Shown here: in pieces, positions 56,476 through 64,000 of the stretch
Position numbering within the stretch: the first letter of the stretch is position 1
How the letters are laid out: each line of letters opens with the position of its first letter
From: Bryobacterales bacterium
GTDB taxonomy: Bacteria > Acidobacteriota > Terriglobia > Bryobacterales > UBA6623
Direction of reading: 5' to 3'
NCBI GenBank assembly: GCA_965248235.1
Contig: CBDFIU010000002.1
Coordinates: forward strand, 913,396 to 977,395
Length of the DNA: 64,000 bases
The notes under the pieces: model-generated
Told to the model about the DNA's origin: nothing
Seen by the model: only the letters and a program-made list of their open reading frames with translations
The model's database searches: none
Translations under genes and position numbers: made by a program

Positions 56476-56871
56476 ATGAATTTTCGACTTGTACGTGAAA
56501 TGGTTCTGCTTGCGGGAGTGCTCGCGTTGAGTTGCATCGCCTCAGCCGGCGAAAAAGCGTTGATGCACTGCTTCTTCTTTACACCGATCCCGGAGACCAG
56601 CGAAGCCGATTGGGATGAATTTTACAAGGCCACGGAGAAGCTTACGAGCAAGATCGAAGGTCTGGATCGAGTCTGGGTCGGCAAACTACGAAAGCGGCCT
56701 GCCGTATCACAACAGGTCAAATTGGGACGGGAATACGGAGCCTGCATGGAGCTGGCCGACGAAGCCGCTCTCGAAAGGTATGCCGCGCACCCGGCCCACG
56801 ATGCCTGGGTCAAGATCTACGAGAAAGTGCGGGTGCCGGGCACAACCACCTTCGACATCCTCGGGCAGTAA
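56476..56871 (+). CDS. Secreted Dabb-domain protein
   Basis: A signal peptide followed by HCFFFTP...AAHPAHDAW. Confidence 0.65.
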   Translation: MNFRLVREMVLLAGVLALSCIASAGEKALMHCFFFTPIPETSEADWDEFYKATEKLTSKIEGLDRVWVGKLRKRPAVSQQVKLGREYGACMELADEAALERYAAHPAHDAWVKIYEKVRVPGTTTFDILGQ

Positions 56872-56952
56872 AGCAGGCTTGGCCAAAAAGCCCGGTGGTC
56901 GGGTGACGCGTTTTACGTCCCTCCGGGCAAGTATTATTTTCAATGCCACATC

Positions 56953-58131
56953 ATGATTCCCACGCAACTTGCCGACTCCGTACTTTCCGCTGTGAACGCC
57001 GACCGCCTCGTTGAAACCGCGATGGCGCTCGTCGAGGTACCGAGCCCGACATGCAAGGCGCGCGAGGTGGCCGACCGACTGGCTGAGATCCTCCAAGCGG
57101 ACGGCTTTGCGGTCGAACGTCCCGAAGCCGACTGGCCCGAAGTACCTGCCGTCGTGGCTTGCTTGGACAGCGGTCGCCCTGGACGCACTTTGCAGTTCAA
57201 CGGTCATCTCGACACGGTTCACCTGCCGTTCGTGGCGCCCCGAAAAGAGAACGGCAATCTTTACGGCTCCGGCATATCCGACATGAAGGGTGGTGTGGCC
57301 GCGGCCGTTGAAGCGGTCCGTGTGCTGAAGCAGACTGGAGCGCTTCAGGGCGGAGGTGTCCTGTTGACCGCGCACGAACACCACGAAGGCCCCTGGGGCG
57401 ACAAACGGCAGGTGCGTGCGTTGATCCGCGACGGTTGTGTCGGTGACGCCGTTTTGCTACCCGAGTACTGTGCGTCGCCCCTTCCGATTGCGGGTCGCGG
57501 GTTAGCGATCTTCCAGGCTTGGATTCGCCGTGACGGTGAGGCAGTGCACGAGGTGTTGCGCCCGCCGGACCAGCCCCTCGTTGTTCCGGCCGGCGCCGAG
57601 CTGATCCTGCGCCTGAAAGAATTGCATGAACAGGTGTCCGCCAACTCCGACCCCGATGTCGGTCAAGATTCGGTTTTCGTGGGGCGGATCCAGTCCGGCG
57701 AGATCTACAATCAGTCTCCGACGGAGTGCTTTATCCAGGGCACGCGCCGCTGGATCACCCCGGGTGAGACCGAGGCGGTCGAGGTGCAATTCCGGGAACT
57801 TGTCCAAGCCCATGCCGAACGCACCGGCACCCACATCGAACTCGATTACGCCTTGCAGGGCGACGCGTTTCGAATCGCTCCCGACGACCCGGCGATCGAA
57901 GCATTGCAGGAGGCCCATGAGACCACGACCGGAAACCGCCTGCCGCTCGGCCCGAAGCCGTTCCTCGATGACGGCAACTGGTTCTGCTCGCTCGCCGGCA
58001 TCCCCGCCCTCACCCACGGCCCCAACGCCACGGGCGCGCATACCGTCCACGAATGCTGTCCGGTCAGCGAGTTGGTGCGCATCGCGCGGGTCTACGCACT
58101 GACGGCTTTGGCATACTGCCCCGGAGAGTAA
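56953..58131 (+). CDS. M20-family metallopeptidase/deacylase (ArgE/DapE-like)
   Basis: GHLDTV and SDMKGG motifs, 392 aa. Confidence 0.75.
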   Translation: MIPTQLADSVLSAVNADRLVETAMALVEVPSPTCKAREVADRLAEILQADGFAVERPEADWPEVPAVVACLDSGRPGRTLQFNGHLDTVHLPFVAPRKENGNLYGSGISDMKGGVAAAVEAVRVLKQTGALQGGGVLLTAHEHHEGPWGDKRQVRALIRDGCVGDAVLLPEYCASPLPIAGRGLAIFQAWIRRDGEAVHEVLRPPDQPLVVPAGAELILRLKELHEQVSANSDPDVGQDSVFVGRIQSGEIYNQSPTECFIQGTRRWITPGETEAVEVQFRELVQAHAERTGTHIELDYALQGDAFRIAPDDPAIEALQEAHETTTGNRLPLGPKPFLDDGNWFCSLAGIPALTHGPNATGAHTVHECCPVSELVRIARVYALTALAYCPGE

Positions 58132-58249
58132 TCTCGGCTTCGATCAGCCGCCCGGCGACGCTGGGAACGGACGACTTCACGTCCATGTGGACGGGATCGC
58201 TGATCACTAGGCCGCTAATGGGTTGATCCAGAGGCCTGGATCAAGACTT

Positions 58250-58327
58250 CGCTGTCAGGGAGGATCTAGTGCCATGTGGGTAAACGGATGCTTCACGCGG
58301 TGGAGGCCTCCGTACTGCCTGCCCACG
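58250..58327. repeat. Right copy of the 78-bp inverted repeat
   Basis: Partner of 41846-41923. It is followed by a roughly 239-bp insertion flanked by CCACG. Confidence 0.85.
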
Positions 58328-58810
58328 TTCAGGCGGCTAGCGAGCCTCGGGGCCGATAGCGAGTGACATCGATTGTTATCAACATCTATGCGCGCTCCCG
58401 GGTTTCCTTTCGAGGTCATCCTCGGGGCTGAGGTATTGGCGAAGGGAATGTCGGAAGTAACGCGATTGTCGATTGCGCCTTAGAGGGTAGCCACATATCC
58501 GGGTAGCCGACAATACAGACATGTGGAACGGGTTGGTTCAACGCTGCGCCTTCTTACGGCCGCCACGCTAGAATGTTGGGCGCAAGGCGTGTCTACCTCG
58601 GATCTTTACCGAGAACCGATTTCGCATTGAGGAAACAGCCGTCCGAGCCCCTGGAACCAGGTCGCCGACTGAACCCAAATCAGCGCCGTCAGGCGGCTAG
58701 CGGAAATCTGAGCGCATAGCGAGTTGCATCGATTGTTATCGCCAGGTATCGGGCGGCGATAGAATCGGACCGTCGTGGTCGGAAGACTCGTTCAACAGAT
58801 CGATTTCAAC

Positions 58811-60000
58811 CTATAAAAAATACGAGAGGCGCGTCGTGAGGAAGCTGTCGTTCCGGAAAAAGTGAAGTGGGTCCGCCGGTTCGGTATTCGTGAACAGCCG
58901 AGCTTCAAACTCAAACTTCAGATGGTTGTTGATACGCCGTTCGGCCTCGACCAGCAACGCCGTCGCCCGTGTGTCGCGGTCGATGATCGCACCACCGAGA
59001 ATGGACGTGTCCTTCGAATCGTTCAGGGCGTAGCGGGCTCCGAAGAAAACATCATCGTCCGCCAAAGTGAACGGCGCCGTCCCGTCGCGCCCGTCATATT
59101 GGTAGCAAGCCAAGGTCCGCGGCCCCGTTGACCTGGTACAGCGTGTATTCGAATCCACCGACGAGTGCACCGAACGTATCGCCGTGACCCTCGCGCACGA
59201 TTCCCTCAAACTTGAATAGCCAGGCGTCCTTCGTGTACTGGAGGTCCAGACCACCTTGGTTAGTCAAGTCGTAGTGCGGAACAAGATGATCTTGGTGATG
59301 GATTGGGCACCAGTCGCGGCTCCCGGCCGGTACCGCGAAAATAGGAGACGCCGACGTCCCAATCTCCGAAGAAATGCGAATATCGTGCCGCGAAGTCGAC
59401 GTGACCACGTCCCTGGGAAGATTCGTAAACGGCATTGTCGGTGTCGATCGGCAGCGGAAACCGCGGCCTGCCGTCGGAATTCGCAAAGGTTCGCTCGCGG
59501 AACCCCGGCAGCAGGAGCAGACTCACCGTCGCCCACTCGCGTTGGAAATTGACGTTAACCATCGGTTGGCCAAGCTTGTCTTCTTCGTCAATGTCTTCGA
59601 CAAAGTCCGTTTGGTTGATCACGTCGACAAGATGGCGCGACTCAGTGACTCCCCAGAACACTTTGTTGAGGCCGACAGTGATGTCCCAGCCCTCCGCCCG
59701 CCGCAGCCAGTAGGCTTCGCGGAGATCAAAATGGGTGCGATTGCCGTCGCGCCCGTCGAGGCGCAAGAACTGAATCACAGTGAACTGATTATCGCCGTCG
59801 TCCGTTCGGTAGCGGAGCTCAGGGCTCACGAGAAGCGAGGGTTGCGACGTTTCGAACTGCCCCGGCAACAGCGGCTTGTCGGGAAAGAAGCGAATCTCTC
59901 CGGCGACGTAACCGGAAAGGGACGCGTCGCCGCCCCACGTAACGCCGGGCAGCGCCACGAGCAGGGCGACAATCGCGGGGAGCAATGTTTGGAAACGCAT
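58811..60000 (-). pseudogene. Outer-membrane beta-barrel protein (DUF1302-like) broken by two frameshifts
   Basis: The protein continues across three track ORFs (59260..60000, 59094..59486, 58811..59254). An extra C near 59306-59308 accounts for the first shift. Confidence 0.65.
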
Positions 60001-60030
60001 GACGAACTCCTTCCTCAGTCCGGCGTCCTC

Positions 60031-60844
60031 TCAGCGCAAGCGCGCCAGAGCCGTCTTGACGAATTGGTTGCTCTTGAGCCCGGCTTTGAATGTGTAGTCC
60101 GAGTAAATCAAGTCAGTGCTCTTGCCGGTCTTGTGGTTGACCATCGACATCGTCCCGGCCCGCCAGTATTTGCCCTCGTACTGTTGGTAGTCCTCGAGAG
60201 TCAGTGTCTTGAGCAGATCACCGCGGCGGTCGTAGAACTCGACTTTGCGCACTTGATAGTCACGCTGGTCGACCCACGAGACCTGCTTGGTGTAGCCGGA
60301 ATGCTCGTAGCGCGGGTAGCGCTCGACGACACCACATTCTAGGGCGCCGCAAGCTTCTTCACGGATGTATTTATAGCTGAACTTATTCAGCTCAAGAGCC
60401 GTGAAGTCCTCAAAGGCGAACTCGCTGCCCACGAACGGGCCCGACTTGTTGACGGAAGAGATTCGTTTCACCCGTTTTAGCGCGGGCAGGAAGAGCCATT
60501 GATCGTCGGGGTCGAGAATCTTAGCGTGCGACAGTAACGCGGTTCCATCGATATCGGCCGGACTGGCGAACACGATCAGGCTCCTGTCACCGGTTTCCTC
60601 GTCAGGAATCTCGAGGGGTGGCGATCGAGAGAGTCCGCGTCGATTCCTTCCCGGCCTTGTTTCGCAAGATCATCTTCAGCTCGACCTTGCTGTCGTCGAA
60701 CCCGCAGTCACTGCGGTCGCTGCGAGCAGCGACTTCGAATCCCTTCTCGGCCATGGGGCCGCCGGCTGTCTGGACATTGGCGGCAAGCGCGAGCGCCGCC
60801 GACAGTAGGAATGAATTAAGCAGCTTGAACCATTGGTTGGTCAT
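60031..60844 (-). pseudogene. LolA-like outer-membrane lipoprotein-sorting protein, frameshifted in a C-run near 60617-60625
   Basis: The N-terminus is in ORF 60602..60844 (ending LSIATPRDS-stop). The continuation LEIPDEETGDRSLIVFASPADIDG... is in the frame of ORF 60031..60573. Confidence 0.65.
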
Positions 60845-62474
60845 TGTAGTTTTCTCCTTCTTGGTTGTTGAGTTCTTCTTTTCTCAGGCCTACCAGCAAC
60901 AGTGAGGGAAGTAATAGAAAGTCCACCGCCAGCGCGATCACAATAGCGATCGCTGTCAGCAGGCCCATTTCGGCGTTGATCCGGAAGGTCGAAAATGCCA
61001 ATACTCCGAATCCGAACGCCAGAATCAATGCATTGACGACCAGCGCTTTGCCGACCATGCGGAAGGTGTAACGAATCGCGGCCGGCCTGCTGTAAATGCC
61101 GTTAAGGTTGTTAATTCCAAACTCCGCGTCAGTTCGGAACTGGACACGATGATCAAAATACTTTACCCACTCGTCGTTCAGATCCAGCGTGGGAACGAAG
61201 GCCGCCAGAACCAGGGCCAATGCCGCCGTTGTGGCCAAAATGGGGCGATACTTTCCGACCACGAAGCTCGAAAGCCGATCCGGCCAATCCGAACCCGCTC
61301 GCGCGGAGGAACGCTCTCGTACCTTGACCGGCAACAAACTGACCACCGCCGGCATCAGCGTCACCGAGTAGATCAGCGCCGCGAAAATGCCGATCGCTGT
61401 GATGTTGCCGAGGTGCCAGAAAGGCGGAGAGTCCGAAGAGTTCAGCGCCAGGAAACCGACGATCGTTGTCGCGCTCGTGATCGCTACCGGGAGGAAGTTG
61501 ATCGTTATGCTTTCCTTCAACGCCGTGATCTTGTCCTTGCCCTCGCGCATGAGCGTCAGCATTGAAATAAGAATGTGGACACTGTCGGCGATCGCAAGCG
61601 TCAAGATGATCGTTGGCGCGGTGACCGCGATGGGGTCCAGCTTGATCCCGAGATGACCCGTGACGCCAAGGGCGGTCACAGTGGAGAAGCCGATCACCAG
61701 AACCGTTGCGAAGGTCGACGAAAAACTCCTCAGCGTGATCACCATCACCGCCAACAGCACGAGGTACATGAACGGGATGAGCGTCATCGAGTCCATCATT
61801 CCCGCCTCTGCAAAGGCGTTATTGAGCATCGAGACGCCGGAGATCGTAACGGTCAGCTCGGGATGAGTCTGCTGAAGTTGAGCAGCCAACCCTCGCGCAT
61901 AGGCCGCCGCTTCCGGCACCTCCATCAAGCTTTCCTCCGGGTACTGCCAGGTGACGTTGACGCCGGTCGTAGCCGTGTCGGGCGAGATCAGGTTGCCGTT
62001 GAGCAACGGCTCGTCCAAGGCAATGCGCCGGCGATCCGTGAGTTCCTGGTCAGAAAGTTCCCGGCCGTCCCGAATCAGGTCATCAACGGTAAGCTCGTCG
62101 CCCTCCGCCGCGCTGTGTTGGAAGTTCGTGACCGAGTCGACGCGAATGGTGTAGGGAATTTGCCAGGCCTGTTCGGTCAGCCACTCGATCGCCTCCGTCG
62201 TTTCCGGAGTGAAGACGCTGTCCCGAGATTGCACGACGAACAGGATGTTGTCGTTCTTCGTGTAGGTATCTTGGAAGTTTTCAAATGCGATCAGTTCCGG
62301 GTTCTCCGGACTGAAGAACGTGCGGTAGTTGTTCGAGAACTCAAGGAATCGGGCACCGCTTCCTGCGGCGGCGGCGACGATCAGACTAATGGCGATGACG
62401 AGCCACCGCCGTCGAATGACGATGTCCGCGAGCCGACCCGCGAATCGATCGACTTTGTTCGTTGGTTGTTTCAT
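60816..62474 (-). pseudogene. RND/MMPL-type exporter with an apparent in-frame internal deletion
   Basis: TM1, loop 1, TM2-7 and the start of loop 2 are present. The sequence then jumps from NNLNGIY to AIRYTFRMVGKAL (the last two TMs). It is 552-569 aa, whereas this family is about 800 aa from memory. Confidence 0.55.
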
Positions 62475-62540
62475 GGGTTTGTCCTGTGCCTTAGTGACAG
62501 AATGATCATTCTGGCAATAGGTCAAAAAAAGGAGGTTTCC

Positions 62541-63128
62541 CTACCGGTTCTCCAGCCCGACGAGAGCGGCTTCGACGTTCTGGCGGATCGTCGCCAACGG
62601 GTAGCCCACACGGACCATCAAGGCAGAACTCTGAATCAGCCCGGTGAGGTTGACTGCCCAGTCGTCGATCTGAGTGTCGGGGTGGATCTCTCCTTTGGTC
62701 TTGGCGTTGTGCAGCGCATTGCGGAACACGCCGGTGATGTTGTCAAAGAATCGCCGAATGTCGGCGGCGATCTCCTTGTCATGGGGAGCGACTTCGATCG
62801 CCGTGTTGCAGAGCAAGCAGCCCCGACCCGCCACAACACCCTCGCCGAGCTTGAGCAAAATCTCAAAGTAGCCGCGAATCTCGGGCAGCGAGGCGTCCGG
62901 CTTCCTCAACTCGGCTTGATAGGTGCCGGCAAAGTAGTCGAAGTACTGCTGGAGCGTTTTGCGGAACAGATCCCTCTTGTTGCCAAACGCTCCATAGAGT
63001 CCGTAGCGGCTGACGTTGGTAGCGGCGACGATGTCATCGAACGAGGTTTCCTCGTAGCCCTTCTCCCAGAACAGTTGAACGGCTTGCTCAAGAGCGGCTT
63101 GTGGTTCAAACTCTCTTGGCCGTGCCAT
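62541..63128 (-). CDS. TetR-family transcriptional regulator
   Basis: ALEQAVQLFWEKGYEETSFDDIVAATNVSRYGLYGAFGNKRDLF. ATG at 63128. Confidence 0.85.
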   Translation of the reverse strand: MARPREFEPQAALEQAVQLFWEKGYEETSFDDIVAATNVSRYGLYGAFGNKRDLFRKTLQQYFDYFAGTYQAELRKPDASLPEIRGYFEILLKLGEGVVAGRGCLLCNTAIEVAPHDKEIAADIRRFFDNITGVFRNALHNAKTKGEIHPDTQIDDWAVNLTGLIQSSALMVRVGYPLATIRQNVEAALVGLENR

Positions 63129-63130
63129 GG

Positions 63131-63152
63131 TTACAGAATACATGTTCTGTAA
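63131..63152. promoter_or_regulatory. Candidate TetR operator TTACAGAA-N6-TTCTGTAA
   Basis: Perfect 8-bp inverted arms lie immediately upstream of the tetR start. Confidence 0.5.
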
Positions 63153-63720
63153 TGCCTTGTCAAGCACTTTTTTTGAGCCCCATGATTTGGTTCCAGCGAG
63201 CGGTCGTGCTGTAGCCCTTGAAGGGCGGCCTTCCGGCCTGGGAAGCGTGTCGCGAGGATGGGCCCGGCCAGTCGTTGGAGCCCGGGCGTTGCTCTGGCAA
63301 CCGGGCTGGCGTTGGCGGCGACCGTTTTCGCTCTCTACCTCGCTTTCTTTCGCCAATCTCCATCGACAGGCCCGAACCCGTACCCCCAAGCGCTTCGTAC
63401 TGCGGAGGCGACCCGCCTTTGAGCGCGGCCTTGAATTCAGCGCCAGTCAGTGCAGACATGAATAATGATTTCCTGTTGGGTGGATGGGCGATCGAGGCCC
63501 GAAGATGAGAAGGGGGAGTATAACCGAGTTCTTGGGCCGATGCCAAAGAACGCCCGAGAGACAGGCTCACCGCCGGCGAAGGAGTGCGCGAGATGATGGA
63601 CCGCCACGCTCACGGGACAAATACAACAGCTGCTCTGGCGAGCCGTTCTATTTGACGACGTGCCGTGACCGCATCGCCCGATTGGACGCGCTCAGCTCGC
63701 CCACGGTACAATCTTTAACC

Positions 63721-64000
63721 ATGTTTGGGGATATCGTTGCCCGTGTTGGGCTCACCGCGCTGCTGATCGCTTCCGCCTCGGTACTTGCCGCCGAGAAGGC
63801 CGAGCAACCCGCGGACCGCCCAAACGTTCTCCTGATCACGATCGACACGCTGCGCGCCGACCACCTTTCGAGTTACGGCTACCCCCTCAAGACCAGCCCC
63901 GTCATGGACCGGCTGGCCGAAGAGGGTGCGCGCTTCAGTTCAACCTATAGCGCGATTCCACTCACCGGGCCTTCGCATATCTCGCTTTTCACCAGCCGTT
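63721..64000 (+). CDS. Sulfatase/alkaline-phosphatase superfamily protein, N-terminal part (runs off the right edge)
   Basis: A signal peptide followed by NVLLITIDTLRADH and LTGPSHISLFTS. Confidence 0.65.
   Translation, partial: MFGDIVARVGLTALLIASASVLAAEKAEQPADRPNVLLITIDTLRADHLSSYGYPLKTSPVMDRLAEEGARFSSTYSAIPLTGPSHISLFTSR

Overview
High-GC bacterial DNA, probably Acidobacteria (Solibacter/Bryobacter-like). This guess rests on a Solibacter-type C-terminal domain, PSCyt/DUF1549/DUF1553 and DUF1501 genes, and many Tat or lipoprotein signals. Positions 1080-26090 hold a ~25 kb phage-like integrative element in tRNA-Ala(GGC). It is bounded by a 26-bp direct repeat of the tRNA 3' end and by TTGTACA arm-type motifs. 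It carries a lambda-like cI/cro switch, a Red-like recombination module (YqaJ exonuclease, RecT-like annealase, DUF669 SSB-like protein, NinB-like protein), an HNH endonuclease, an SF2 helicase, a PriCT-2/Toprim primase, an excisionase-like HTH protein and an integrase. I found no virion, terminase or lysis genes, and several core genes are broken. The most unusual signal lies downstream of cI: six co-oriented copies of the repressor gene 3' end separate a one-gene-per-unit array of secreted or membrane proteins. The rest of the window is chromosomal: an orphan tadG/tadE set, a Tat-lipoprotein TPP E1 alpha/beta pair with two small cytochrome c lipoproteins, hemY-hemE, prmC, a PQQ dehydrogenase with cytochrome c, a DUF1553/DUF1501 pair, an M20 peptidase, and a decayed RND/LolA-like/OMP operon with an intact TetR. 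It also holds a truncated IS1595 and an IS110-family IS with a candidate bridge-RNA hairpin. A 78-bp inverted repeat flanks 16.3 kb. At least 13 genes are disrupted, several at short homopolymer or GC-repeat tracts, so sequencing error must be excluded. All calls come from manual reading; no database search was run.
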